Shown here: positions 39,596 through 49,738 of the stretch, piece after piece | Layout: every line of letters starts with the position of its first letter | Position numbering within the stretch: the stretch's first letter is position 1 | DNA from: an uncultured Thermodesulfobacteriota bacterium | GTDB taxonomy: Bacteria > Desulfobacterota > JBBIRW01 | Reading direction: 5' to 3' | DNA: 64,000 bases | Assembly: GCA_964505185.1 (NCBI GenBank) | Contig: CAZDGM010000006.1 | Location: 10,944 to 74,943 of the forward strand | Position numbers and translations under genes: made by a program | The notes under the pieces: model-generated | Seen by the model: only the letters and a program-made list of their open reading frames with translations | Database searches by the model: none | Told to the model about the DNA's origin: nothing

Positions 39596-40365
39596 GATTC
39601 CTCTCCAAGATATGCTGAGATTACCAGGGGATCTTTTGCAGCGTCCTCCGGCTTGCCCTCGAATATCTTTTCTCCATAATTGAGAACAATAACCCTTTCA
39701 GAGATCTTCATAACAACATTCATGTCATGCTCTATGAGAAGAATGGTCAGCCCCCTATCCCTCATAAGTGAAATCAGCTTTATAATCGATTCCTTCTCAT
39801 CTATATTGAGACCAGCTGTGGGTTCATCAAGCAGGAGTAATTTTGGTTCAAGTGCAAGCGCTCTTGCAAGTTCAAGCTTTTTTCTATCCCCATAAGGCAA
39901 TGCTGTTACCGGTCGATAAGCTTTATCACCAAGGCCTATAAATTCCAGGAACTCGGCACTCCTCTCCCAGATCCATTTTTCCTCGCTTCTCATCCAGGGA
40001 AATGTAAAGATGCATCCTAACATACCTCTATTAATTTTAGTATGAAAGCCAACCATAACATTTTCAATCACCGTCATATTGGTAAAAAGCTGGGGTGTTT
40101 GAAATGTTCTCGTAATTCTCCTGTATGCTATCTCATCAGGGGGATTACCTGTAATCTCCTCTCCTTCAAAGATAATCCTTCCCCTGACCGGTTTATAAAT
40201 TCCTGATACTATATTCAGGAATGTGGTCTTTCCGGCTCCATTCGGTCCGATAAGGGAGATAAGCTCCCCATCGTATATATCAATATTTATATCCTTCAAT
40301 GCAAGCAAACCACCAAATTCCATTCTTATATTTTCTGCATGAAGAATTATCTTTTTTTCCTCCAT
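39592..40365 (-). CDS. livG: Branched-chain ABC transporter ATP-binding protein
   Basis: FGGL, GPNGAGKTT, LPYG, DEPTAG, IEHDM and AYLG motifs. Confidence 0.92.
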   Translation of the reverse strand: MEEKKIILHAENIRMEFGGLLALKDINIDIYDGELISLIGPNGAGKTTFLNIVSGIYKPVRGRIIFEGEEITGNPPDEIAYRRITRTFQTPQLFTNMTVIENVMVGFHTKINRGMLGCIFTFPWMRSEEKWIWERSAEFLEFIGLGDKAYRPVTALPYGDRKKLELARALALEPKLLLLDEPTAGLNIDEKESIIKLISLMRDRGLTILLIEHDMNVVMKISERVIVLNYGEKIFEGKPEDAAKDPLVISAYLGEES

Positions 40366-41375
40366 TATTTTCCTTTTTGAGGATACATATATGTGCTAAT
40401 TAATTTACCAATTATGCTTCCTTTTCTTTCCAGCATGTTTGAAATATATTCACTCAATGTTGGGATAACACCCTTTGGGAGAAAGAACATTATAATAATC
40501 AGAAGAAGGCCGTATATAATTATGTTATAATCTTCTATTGAATGAAGGACCTCAGGAAGGATGGATAATAATGATCCGCCGAAATATGAACCCCATATGC
40601 TTCCCATACCTCCCAGAATAACCATGGTGATAAATAGTATTGAATAATGGAAATCAAAGCTGCTCGGACTTATGAAATTAACAAAATGTGCATAATAGCT
40701 TCCAGCTAATGATGCAAATATCGCACTCAATATAAAAACTTTTATTTTAAGTTTATGTGTTTCAACGCCAAGAACCATCGATGCAACTTCACCTGTATGT
40801 ATTGCACGAAGAGCTCTTCCCACCTTTGATTCTACAAGATTTATCGAGAGAACTGTTAGCACAAAAAGGGTGAGCCAAATAAGATAATACATCCTGAAAC
40901 TCGTTGAAAAGCTGAATCCAAAAATTGATAGATAAGGGATTCCCACCAAGCCGGATGCCCCACCTGTTAATTCATCAAGCTGAACAAAAATTATGCTGAG
41001 GATCATGCCAAACCCAAGTGTTGCCATTGCAAGGTAATAACCTTTTAACTTTAAAGTTGGATGTGCAATAGTAAGGGCAAGAATAGAAGTTAACAAAACA
41101 GCAATTATAAGCGCGATCCATGGATTTATTGAATACTTTGCCGTAAGTATCCCTGATATGTATGCTCCCGTTCCGAAGAATCCTGCATGGCCAAGGGAAA
41201 TCTGCCCTGCATATCCCATTAATAGATTGAGACCGAGGACTATCATAATGTTTATACCCATGAAGTTCATAACACTTATTATGTATTCATTTGAGTTGAA
41301 TAATGGAAATGCAAGAACAAGTGCTGCGATTATGATCAGAATGTAGTAATTAATCCTTCCATATTGCATGATCAT
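40365..41375 (-). CDS. livM: Branched-chain ABC transporter permease
   Basis: GYAGQISLGH, GYYLAMATL, GRALRAI and VILGGMG motifs. Confidence 0.92.
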   Translation of the reverse strand: MIMQYGRINYYILIIIAALVLAFPLFNSNEYIISVMNFMGINIMIVLGLNLLMGYAGQISLGHAGFFGTGAYISGILTAKYSINPWIALIIAVLLTSILALTIAHPTLKLKGYYLAMATLGFGMILSIIFVQLDELTGGASGLVGIPYLSIFGFSFSTSFRMYYLIWLTLFVLTVLSINLVESKVGRALRAIHTGEVASMVLGVETHKLKIKVFILSAIFASLAGSYYAHFVNFISPSSFDFHYSILFITMVILGGMGSIWGSYFGGSLLSILPEVLHSIEDYNIIIYGLLLIIIMFFLPKGVIPTLSEYISNMLERKGSIIGKLISTYMYPQKGK

Positions 41376-42254
41376 TTACACCTTTTCAATCAATCCTTTT
41401 CCTAATATGCCGCTTGGCTTAATAAATAAGACAAGTAACAATATTAGAAATGCTACCGCATCCTTGTATCCTGATGATATCAATGCTGCAGCAAGACATT
41501 CGAGTATTCCAAGTAATAGACCTCCAATCAATGCGCCAAAACTGTTTCCAATACCCCCAAGGATAGCTGCACTGAAACCCTTCAATCCAAAAATTATTCC
41601 AATATCATAGGTTGTTAAAGTTATTGGAGTTATTATTATCCCTGCTATACTTCCCAGGGCACCGCTAAATCCAAAAGAGATAAGCAATATTCTCTCTATT
41701 TTTATACCCATAAGTGATGCAGCCCTTTTATTATCAGCAACTGCTCTCATAGCTTTTCCGGTTATTGTTTTCTTAAAGAAAAATTGGAGTAACATGACCA
41801 CTACAATTGTCGTTCCAATAATCCATAAACTCTGTGGGTTAATAGCAGCATTTTTTATAATAATTGGTTCAGATGAAGTAAAGGATGGCAATATATATGG
41901 ATCCTTACCCCATATGAGCATCGATATACCTCTGATAAATATAGAAGCCCCGATGGTTATTATTACGAGAACAGATACATCCGCATGCCTTACAGGTTGT
42001 ATAGCCAGTCTTTCGATTAATGCACCTATAAGCGTAACAATGGCAGTCGAAATAATAAGAGTATAAATTGGATTAATCTTAAAAACATTAAATGTTGTAG
42101 CGGCAATCATACCGCCAAGCATAACAAATTCACCCTGGGCAAAATTGATTATATATGATGCATTGTAAATTATATTGAATCCCAGACCTATAAGTCCGTA
42201 AATAGAACCAACTGTGATTCCACTCAATATCGCCTGCAGGATTATCTCAAACAT
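41376..42254 (-). CDS. livH: Branched-chain ABC transporter permease
   Basis: GSIYGLIGLG, NFAQGE, GKAMRA and FSAAILGG motifs. Confidence 0.92.
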   Translation of the reverse strand: MFEIILQAILSGITVGSIYGLIGLGFNIIYNASYIINFAQGEFVMLGGMIAATTFNVFKINPIYTLIISTAIVTLIGALIERLAIQPVRHADVSVLVIITIGASIFIRGISMLIWGKDPYILPSFTSSEPIIIKNAAINPQSLWIIGTTIVVVMLLQFFFKKTITGKAMRAVADNKRAASLMGIKIERILLISFGFSGALGSIAGIIITPITLTTYDIGIIFGLKGFSAAILGGIGNSFGALIGGLLLGILECLAAALISSGYKDAVAFLILLLVLFIKPSGILGKGLIEKV

Positions 42255-42269
42255 TTATTTCCCTTCAAA

Positions 42270-42294
42270 GGGGCTCCAAAATTAATGGAGCCCC
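42270..42294 (-). terminator. Stem-loop between the substrate-binding gene and livH (attenuator or RNA-stabilising hairpin)
   Basis: GGGGCTCCA-AAATTAA-TGGAGCCCC perfect 9-bp inverted repeat; only a short T run follows. Confidence 0.6.
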
Positions 42295-42306
42295 TCACTA
42301 TTTTCC

Positions 42307-43455
42307 TCATTCAATTAGCCTCCAATCACCATTTCTCCATTCTATCATTACAAGGTCTTTCGCTTTCAATCCATTATGATCAGTGGGACTGTAAGTAAAC
42401 ACTCCTCCGGTTCCATAGAAATTAACCGTGTTTTTTTCGATCTCATCTCTTAACCTCTCAGGATTGTTAGTATCCACCCTTTCTAATGCCTTAACAATCA
42501 TCCAAAATGCGTCATAAGCATGCCCGCCGAATGTAGAAACAGGCTCTTTGAATCTGCTTTCATAATCCTTTTTATATTTCACAAGCGCTGCTTTTTGAGG
42601 GTCCTTGTCACTTAACTGTTCAGCAATGAGTATCTTTCCTGATGGAAGAAGAACACCTTCTCCTGCTTCTCCCGCAAGCTGGAATATCTTTTTGTTAGCA
42701 ACCCCATGGCTCTGGATAAGCTTCATTGTTTTATTCATTCCAAGCTGTTTAAAATTCTTCATGACGATTACTGTTGGAGGGCCTACTGCCCAGCAGAGAA
42801 CTGCGTGTGGATTTTTGGCCTTTATCTTGCTGAGCTGCGTTGTCATATCTGTATCCTTTGATTGAAAACTTTCAACTGCAACAAGTTCCAATCCATATTT
42901 TGGTGCGACATTCTTCAGAACTTTATATCCGTCTTCTCCGAAGGCATCTGCTGAGTAGATTATTGCTACTTTCTTCATCTTTCTGTCCTTCAGGTATGAT
43001 GCTATCTTTTCAATTACAATGTCATTTGGCTGTGCTGTTGAGAAGACCCATTTTTTAACAGGATGAACAACCGGTGCGCCTGCAACGAGTGCGAGCATGG
43101 GTATCTTTGCCTCTTCAATCACAGGAATCATTGCAAGTGCATCAGGGGTTCTGGAAGGTCCAATAACAACTTTTACACCATCCTTCGTGATAAGCCTCTT
43201 TAGTGTTGTTACAGCTTTAGTTGGATCTCCTTCGTTATCATAGATTATCATCTCGATTTTCCACCCTTTTACGCCGCCTTTGGAATTCAGTTCTTCTGTA
43301 AGCATTTCGAGTGTTTTCTTCTCAGGATCTCCAAGCGTTGAAGCTACACCAGTTACAGCAACAGTTGCACCAATTTTGATTACCTTCTGTTGCGCTGTTG
43401 CAAAAGGAGTTAAGCAAAGAAGAATCGCCATCATCAGAAGCATACATTTTTTCAT
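42307..43455 (-). CDS. ABC transporter substrate-binding protein (LivK/Peripla_BP_6 family)
   Basis: Signal peptide; IKIG, YDNEGDP, QSHG and FGGHAYDA, typical of binding proteins linked to aromatic-acid/paaK clusters. Confidence 0.9.
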   Translation of the reverse strand: MKKCMLLMMAILLCLTPFATAQQKVIKIGATVAVTGVASTLGDPEKKTLEMLTEELNSKGGVKGWKIEMIIYDNEGDPTKAVTTLKRLITKDGVKVVIGPSRTPDALAMIPVIEEAKIPMLALVAGAPVVHPVKKWVFSTAQPNDIVIEKIASYLKDRKMKKVAIIYSADAFGEDGYKVLKNVAPKYGLELVAVESFQSKDTDMTTQLSKIKAKNPHAVLCWAVGPPTVIVMKNFKQLGMNKTMKLIQSHGVANKKIFQLAGEAGEGVLLPSGKILIAEQLSDKDPQKAALVKYKKDYESRFKEPVSTFGGHAYDAFWMIVKALERVDTNNPERLRDEIEKNTVNFYGTGGVFTYSPTDHNGLKAKDLVMIEWRNGDWRLIE

Positions 43456-43479
43456 GTTTACCTCCCTTTACTGGACTTA

Positions 43480-44823
43480 TTATTTTAATCTCTTATCTAT
43501 AACTCTCTTTGCCTTTCCCTCGCTTCTCTGTATGGATTTAGGTGAAAGCAACTTTACATCAACCGTTACACCTATATAATCCTTTATTTCCTTTTTTATT
43601 CTGTTTTTAATCTCAAGAAACTTGTGAAAATCTTCCAGAAGACCTTTGTCTTCCGCTCCGAGTAGATGTTGTTGCGCTTCTTTGAAAAGCTCTTCATTCA
43701 CTTCAACCTGAACTTCAAGTGTATCAATACTTTCCTTTCTTTCAAGGACAAGTTGATAATGAGGTTCCACCCCTTTTATTTTTAAAATTATGGATTCGAT
43801 CTGAGATGGAAATACATTAACTCCTCTTATGATTAACATATCATCACTTCGTCCTTTAATCCTTGACATCCTTGCATTAGTTCTGCCACATATGCAGGGA
43901 TTATAATTGAGCGAGCTGATATCCCTTGTTCGATATCTGATGAGTGGAACGCCTTCTTTGGTAAGTGTTGTAAACACAAGTTCTCCCTCGCTCCCTTCCG
44001 GAAGGACCTCGCCGGTTTCCGGATTTATTATCTCCGGATAGAAAACATCCTCATTAATATGTAAACCTTTCTGGGCCTCTATACATTCGCATGAAACACC
44101 AGGACCTATTATTTCTGTAAGTCCATAAATATCTATGGCTTTTATATTAAGTTTTTCCTCTATCTCCCTTCTCATATTTTCACTCCACGGCTCTGCACCA
44201 AAGAGTCCCACCCTTAGCCTCATTTTTTTAAAATCAATGCCCTCTTCATCTGCAACCTCCCGGATGTATAAAGAGTATGATGGGGTACAACAAAGTACGG
44301 TTGCCCCAAAATCCTCCATAAGCATTAGCTGTCTTCTTGTGTTCCCACTTGAAGCGGGAACAACAGTTGCGCCTATTTTCAAAGCACCATAGTGGAATCC
44401 CAATCCACCTGTAAAGAGTCCATATCCATACGCGTTTTGAATAATGTCATTTCTGTTAACACCTGCACACGAGTAAACTCTTGCCATTACCTCTGACCAC
44501 AGTTCTATATCGGCCCTTGTATAACCAGCAACAACTGGTTTTCCTGTTGTCCCTGATGATGCATGTATCTCAACTATATCTTTCAAAGGAACGGCAAATA
44601 AGCCAAATGGATAGTTTTCCCTTAGGTCATCTTTGTATGTAAACGGCAGAAGCGAGATGTCTTCAAGGTATCTTATGTCTGAAGGCTTTACACCTTTCTC
44701 ATCCATTTTTCTTCTGTAAAAAGGAACAAGATTATATACCCTTTCAACAATTTCAATTAGCCTCTTTTCCTGAAGCCTCTTTAATTCATTCCTTGAGGCT
44801 CTTTCTATGTTGTTCCATATCAT
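43480..44823 (-). CDS. paaK: Phenylacetate-CoA ligase family
   Basis: [57 protein letters not shown] and GKAKRV motifs. Confidence 0.92.
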   Translation of the reverse strand: MIWNNIERASRNELKRLQEKRLIEIVERVYNLVPFYRRKMDEKGVKPSDIRYLEDISLLPFTYKDDLRENYPFGLFAVPLKDIVEIHASSGTTGKPVVAGYTRADIELWSEVMARVYSCAGVNRNDIIQNAYGYGLFTGGLGFHYGALKIGATVVPASSGNTRRQLMLMEDFGATVLCCTPSYSLYIREVADEEGIDFKKMRLRVGLFGAEPWSENMRREIEEKLNIKAIDIYGLTEIIGPGVSCECIEAQKGLHINEDVFYPEIINPETGEVLPEGSEGELVFTTLTKEGVPLIRYRTRDISSLNYNPCICGRTNARMSRIKGRSDDMLIIRGVNVFPSQIESIILKIKGVEPHYQLVLERKESIDTLEVQVEVNEELFKEAQQHLLGAEDKGLLEDFHKFLEIKNRIKKEIKDYIGVTVDVKLLSPKSIQRSEGKAKRVIDKRLK

Positions 44824-44853
44824 CTCACTCCCTCCATATTCAATTAATGCATC

Positions 44854-45720
44854 CTATTTATCTCCATAATTGTAAAATCCTCTCCCTGTTTTTCTTCCCA
44901 GATATCCTGCCTTTACCATCTGTCTTAATAATGGAGGAGGCGCATATCTCGACTCCCTGAGGTATTCAAAAAATACCTCTGCAACATGATAAGCAATATC
45001 GACGCCTGTGAAATCCATCAACTCAAACGGTCCCATTGGAAGATTGGCCCCAAGTTTTAAAGCCGTATCAATATCTTCCTTTGACGCTATTCCCTGCTCA
45101 TACATCCTCACAGCATCAATCATAAAAGGAACCAGGAGCCTGTTTACTATGAAGCCCGGCGTATCCTTACATCTAACAGGAACTTTACCAATTTTCTTAC
45201 ACAATTCAATTGCCGCATTTACTGTATCTTCGGATGTTTGAATTGCTGGTATAACTTCAACAAGTTTCATTATGGGAACAGGATTAAAAAAGTGCATACC
45301 AACAAACTTATCAGGCCTTTTAACTACTGATGCCATCTCAGTAATTGATATTGATGATGTATTGCTCGCATAGATAACATCATCCCTGCAGATTGCATCC
45401 AGTTTTTCAAAGAGTTCCTTCTTAATGTTAAAATTTTCAAACACTGCCTCAATAATAAAATCAGAATCAGCAAGTGTCTTTATGTCTGTGGAAAAAGATA
45501 TTCTTTCAAGTGCGGATCTTTTATCTTCTTCACTAATTGTGCCCTTCTTTATGAATCTGTCCAGACTGTTTGTTATATTCTTCCCGGCAATTTCCCATAC
45601 ACTTTCACTTACATCAACAACCCTTACATTAAACCCGCTCATTGAAAACACCTGAACTATACCTGAACCCATTGTTCCTGCACCTGCAACCCCTATTTTC
45701 CTTATTTCTTCAATTTTCAT
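44854..45720 (-). CDS. hbd: 3-hydroxybutyryl/3-hydroxyacyl-CoA dehydrogenase; start reassigned to ATG 45720
   Basis: GAGTMGSG, EAVFE, SNTSS, GMHFFNP, GFIVNR and GYLGRKTG motifs. Confidence 0.92.
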   Translation of the reverse strand: MKIEEIRKIGVAGAGTMGSGIVQVFSMSGFNVRVVDVSESVWEIAGKNITNSLDRFIKKGTISEEDKRSALERISFSTDIKTLADSDFIIEAVFENFNIKKELFEKLDAICRDDVIYASNTSSISITEMASVVKRPDKFVGMHFFNPVPIMKLVEVIPAIQTSEDTVNAAIELCKKIGKVPVRCKDTPGFIVNRLLVPFMIDAVRMYEQGIASKEDIDTALKLGANLPMGPFELMDFTGVDIAYHVAEVFFEYLRESRYAPPPLLRQMVKAGYLGRKTGRGFYNYGDK

Positions 45721-45746
45721 AAAATCACCCCCGCTATATTTAAATT

Positions 45747-46949
45747 TTATCGCTGGTAGTTTTCTAAAATTATTGCCATACCCTGACCTCCTCCTATACA
45801 TAAAGCACATAAACCATAACGAGCATTTCTCCTCTTCATTTCATAAAGAAGGGTTATAACAAGTCTTATACCTGTTGCAGCAACAGGGTGTCCCAGTGAT
45901 ATTGCACCGCCATTGACATTCAGGATATTTCTATCGATACCAAGTTCTCTTTCTGCATAAACCACAACAGCAGCAAATGCTTCGTTAATCTCAAACAGAT
46001 CTATATCGGATATATTCATGCCGGTCTTTTTTAAGACCTCCCTTGTTGCGGGAACAGGGCCTATTCCCATTATTGAGGGTTCAACTCCAACAATTGCCCA
46101 GTCAACAATCCTTCCCATGGGTTTAAGATTCAACTGAACAGCCCTTTTTTCTGATGTAACGAGTAAAGCAGCCCCGGCGTCATTAATACCTGATGCATTC
46201 CCCGCAGTTATAGTTCCATCCTTTTTAAAAACAGGAGGAAGCTTTGATAATTTTTCAATTGTTGTTTCAGGCTTTATATATTCATCAATGTCAAAAATCT
46301 TTGTCTCCCCCTTCTTTCCCGTTTTAACCTCAACCGGGATGATCTCATCCTTAAGAAACCCATTCTTTGTTGCATTCCAGGCCCTCATCTGACTCATATA
46401 TGCATATTCATCCTGTGCTTCCCTGGAGATTTTGAATCTTTCAACAAGATTCTCTGCAGTTTCACCCATATGTTCTCCATTGAAATCGTGATAGTAATGG
46501 AAAATGGCATCTTCCAGCTGGGCATGTCCTATTCTGTAACCATTCCATCTTACTCCACCATAGAGTAGATAAGGTGCCTGACTGAAGCTCTCAGAACCAC
46601 CTGCAATAACAACATCTGCATCCCCAAGGATTATATCCTTTGCTGCCATAGCAATTGCGCTCATCCCAGTCCCACATAATCTGTTTATTGTTATTGCCCT
46701 TGAACTTACTGGGAGTCCCGCCTTGATACCTATGGCTCTTGCCTGGAAGGCACCGAGCCTGTCTGTTTGTGCCATATTGCCCATGATTATACTGTCTACA
46801 TATGCGGGATCTATACCTGATCGCTCGATACACCCCTTTACCGCGATCACTCCCAGATCCACCGAACTGAAGTCTTTAAGGGATCCGCCAAAATTTCCAA
46901 TTGCTGTTCTTACTCCTCCTATGAGAACGATATCACCTTTTGATAACAT
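45747..46949 (-). CDS. Acetyl-CoA acyltransferase (thiolase), second paralogue
   Basis: NRLCGTG, NEAFA, GGAISLGHP and LCIGGGQG motifs. Confidence 0.94.
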   Translation of the reverse strand: MLSKGDIVLIGGVRTAIGNFGGSLKDFSSVDLGVIAVKGCIERSGIDPAYVDSIIMGNMAQTDRLGAFQARAIGIKAGLPVSSRAITINRLCGTGMSAIAMAAKDIILGDADVVIAGGSESFSQAPYLLYGGVRWNGYRIGHAQLEDAIFHYYHDFNGEHMGETAENLVERFKISREAQDEYAYMSQMRAWNATKNGFLKDEIIPVEVKTGKKGETKIFDIDEYIKPETTIEKLSKLPPVFKKDGTITAGNASGINDAGAALLVTSEKRAVQLNLKPMGRIVDWAIVGVEPSIMGIGPVPATREVLKKTGMNISDIDLFEINEAFAAVVVYAERELGIDRNILNVNGGAISLGHPVAATGIRLVITLLYEMKRRNARYGLCALCIGGGQGMAIILENYQR

Positions 46950-46954
46950 AGTTC

Positions 46955-47743
46955 CTACCTCCCTTTGAACTCTGGCTTCCTCTTTTCTATAAAGGCCCTC
47001 AGACCCTCTTTCGCATCATCTGTTTTAAAGACTTCTATAAATGCCTCTTTCTCTATTCTTAATCCCGTGTATATATCATGCTGAAGCCCTTGATTTATTG
47101 CCCTTTTTATAAGACCGATCGATTTTGTTGCACCCTTTGTTATGTCTCTTGCAAACTCAATGCTCTTTTTAATTAGATCTTCTGGGGGGAATACCTTATC
47201 TACAATTCCTATCTGGAGCGCCTCTCTGGGTGTTAATCTCTTACCAAAAATGATGAGTTCTGATGCCTTCGAAATTCCTATTAGTCTTGGAAGCCTCTGT
47301 GTTCCTCCAGCTCCCGGAAGTATCCCGAGCGTAACCTCTGGAAGTCCGATATAAATTTTTTCTCTATCAGCCATAAATCGGAAATCGCAAGCCAGTGCAA
47401 GTTCACATCCACCTCCCAGTGCATGTCCGTTGATTGCCGCTATTATGATCTTTGGCATTTCCATCAACTTGTTAAAGCATGTTTGAAATTTATCTGTTAC
47501 TTTTTCAGCAATATTTTCACTCATCTCTCCCAGCATTTTTATATCAGCTCCCGCAATGAATATATTGTCTATACCTCCCGTAATAATCATTACCTTACCA
47601 TCTTCACTATTTGAGAAGATATCAAATATTCGCGAAAGCTCTTCTATCAGTTCCATATCGAGTGCATTTGCTGGTGGTTTGTTGATTCGAACAATGAATA
47701 CACCATCTTCAGCGTTTAAATTTAAGAATTTGAAATCATTCAT
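46955..47743 (-). CDS. Enoyl-CoA hydratase/isomerase
   Basis: AGADI, GGGCE, LPEVTLG and PGAGGTQRL motifs. Confidence 0.93.
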   Translation of the reverse strand: MNDFKFLNLNAEDGVFIVRINKPPANALDMELIEELSRIFDIFSNSEDGKVMIITGGIDNIFIAGADIKMLGEMSENIAEKVTDKFQTCFNKLMEMPKIIIAAINGHALGGGCELALACDFRFMADREKIYIGLPEVTLGILPGAGGTQRLPRLIGISKASELIIFGKRLTPREALQIGIVDKVFPPEDLIKKSIEFARDITKGATKSIGLIKRAINQGLQHDIYTGLRIEKEAFIEVFKTDDAKEGLRAFIEKRKPEFKGR

Positions 47744-48530
47744 GATAGCCCCCCTGTTTCTTTTGTGAATTCATATCCTCCTGTGCAATTAGTGCAGCTC
47801 CAAATGCCCCAATTATTTGAGGTTCATCAGGAACAATAATTTCAACGCCAAGTTCCTGCGCAAGAACCTCCCTCATCGCCTTGTTTTTTGCTACTCCACC
47901 TGTAAACAAGACTGGTTTTTCAATCCTTACCCTCTTTGCAAGCGATGCAATCTTTGAAGCAATACTTTTATGGACGCCAGCAATAATTTCAGCAATCTCC
48001 TTTCCTGAGGCAATATGGGATATAACCTCAGATTCAGCAAAAACTGTACATGTGCTGCTGATTGAAACTGGAGTTTTTCCACTTATCTCGGTATTTCCCA
48101 GCTCATCCAGTGACATCTCCAGAATCGATGCCATTACTTCAAGAAACCTTCCTGTTCCGGCTGCACACTTATCATTCATGATGAAATCCCTGACCCTTCC
48201 ATTCTCATCGATTTTTAAAACTTTGCTGTCCTGACCGCCAATATCAATGACTGTTCTTACTGATGGAAATAGTTTATGCGCCCCTCTTGCTATACAGGTT
48301 ATCTCCGTAATAGTTCTATCCACTCCAGGAATGTTTCTTCTCCCATATCCTGTGCCAACTATCCACCCGATCATTTCTCCTGTTTTTTCCACAACCTCTT
48401 TCTTTATCTCTTCGGACATAATTTTTTGCTCGGGCTTTGTTTTGAGGATTCGATTGTATATTGCTAATCCGTTTTTCATTGCAACTACTTTGGTCATTAT
48501 TGAGCCTATATCTATACCGACTGCGATCAT
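47736..48530 (-). CDS. ATP-dependent activase (HgdC/BzdQ/BcrD family)
   Basis: GIDIGS, TGYGR, IDIGGQDSK, CAAGTGRF, CTVFAESE and GGVA motifs. Confidence 0.93.
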   Translation of the reverse strand: MIAVGIDIGSIMTKVVAMKNGLAIYNRILKTKPEQKIMSEEIKKEVVEKTGEMIGWIVGTGYGRRNIPGVDRTITEITCIARGAHKLFPSVRTVIDIGGQDSKVLKIDENGRVRDFIMNDKCAAGTGRFLEVMASILEMSLDELGNTEISGKTPVSISSTCTVFAESEVISHIASGKEIAEIIAGVHKSIASKIASLAKRVRIEKPVLFTGGVAKNKAMREVLAQELGVEIIVPDEPQIIGAFGAALIAQEDMNSQKKQGGYHE

Positions 48531-49738
48531 TTTAAGCCATCTATAGTTTCAAGAAATGATTCTATTCTTGTTTTAATAGACTCCAATGAGTAATTGCCTG
48601 AATCGCTGTGGTCTGCCTCAATTATAAGGGATGGAATACCTCTTTCATCCATAATTTTTTTCTTAATTTCATGCTGGATCAGGGAATATGGTTTGCAGCT
48701 CCTGTCAGAATGCATTACGATTCCATCCACACTGTATTCATCAACCAGCTGTTTTATTAACTTATAGCGCCTATCAATACCTACATTCAAAAATCCCGAT
48801 GCACAGAAATACGCATAGCTCCTTAAAGGATTATCCCTATCCACAATTCCCATAAATTCAGGACCCCAGGCTTGTGTATATGTATCAGTTACAAAGATTG
48901 CACCGTATTGCTCCAGATAGTCAAATAATTTTAAATCATACCATACAGGAAGATTATCCCAGAGAAGGCGGTATTTCTCATTATGATCTGGATCGGGATT
49001 ACTGAGCCGTTCATAAACTTCATTATTTAGAGATATCAGGTGTCTTAATCCTTCCTCTGTTCCGCGAAGCGCTACCATTGGAAACATATGTGTAAATACA
49101 TCACCGGCATTTATTGGTGAAGGGATATTCTTCCTCGCATTTAGAACCTCAGACCATAGTGACTTTGTTTCGTTTGAAATTTCTGTAACTTCAATTAGCC
49201 TTTCTATATCAAACCTCTTTCCCGTTATGTTTTCGACAGATTCTATCATTTTTCTAAACTGCTTCTCAGTATAATCAAGATGCAATGTGTCCGACTCATA
49301 TTGAACAATTGGCGTATCTATAACAATAGTTGGCACATTTTTGAAATAACTAACAGCCCTCCACCATGTAAGCACAGTTATACAGGAATTTGTTGCACAT
49401 ACCTGAATTGTAGGAGGAGGAATCTCTCCCAGTGGACCTTTACCGCTTAAAACCGTTGCCAAATTAACCCTCGCATAGGAGCAAAGATCCTGAGAAAAGC
49501 CAAATGATTCAGCAATTCGTGATAATTCCGTAGCAACTTTTCTTGCACCACAAAGTGCTCCGTAATTTTCGGGATAGAAGGGAAAAACATCCATAGCCCA
49601 GAACAATTCACATGGAATACCTACATTCAGCCATGCAACAGGTCTTTTTTCATTAGAATATCTGAACATCTTTTTATAGTATTCATCTATAAGATTTTTA
49701 AGATTAATCGTTGTCTGGAGCCTCTTTCCCATCATCAA
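48527..49738 (-). CDS. 2-hydroxyacyl-CoA dehydratase / benzoyl-CoA reductase subunit (HgdA/BzdO/BcrB-like)
   Basis: PENYGALCG, DLCSY, NSC, RSCKPY and EAD motifs. Confidence 0.88.
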   Translation of the reverse strand: MMMGKRLQTTINLKNLIDEYYKKMFRYSNEKRPVAWLNVGIPCELFWAMDVFPFYPENYGALCGARKVATELSRIAESFGFSQDLCSYARVNLATVLSGKGPLGEIPPPTIQVCATNSCITVLTWWRAVSYFKNVPTIVIDTPIVQYESDTLHLDYTEKQFRKMIESVENITGKRFDIERLIEVTEISNETKSLWSEVLNARKNIPSPINAGDVFTHMFPMVALRGTEEGLRHLISLNNEVYERLSNPDPDHNEKYRLLWDNLPVWYDLKLFDYLEQYGAIFVTDTYTQAWGPEFMGIVDRDNPLRSYAYFCASGFLNVGIDRRYKLIKQLVDEYSVDGIVMHSDRSCKPYSLIQHEIKKKIMDERGIPSLIIEADHSDSGNYSLESIKTRIESFLETIDGLK

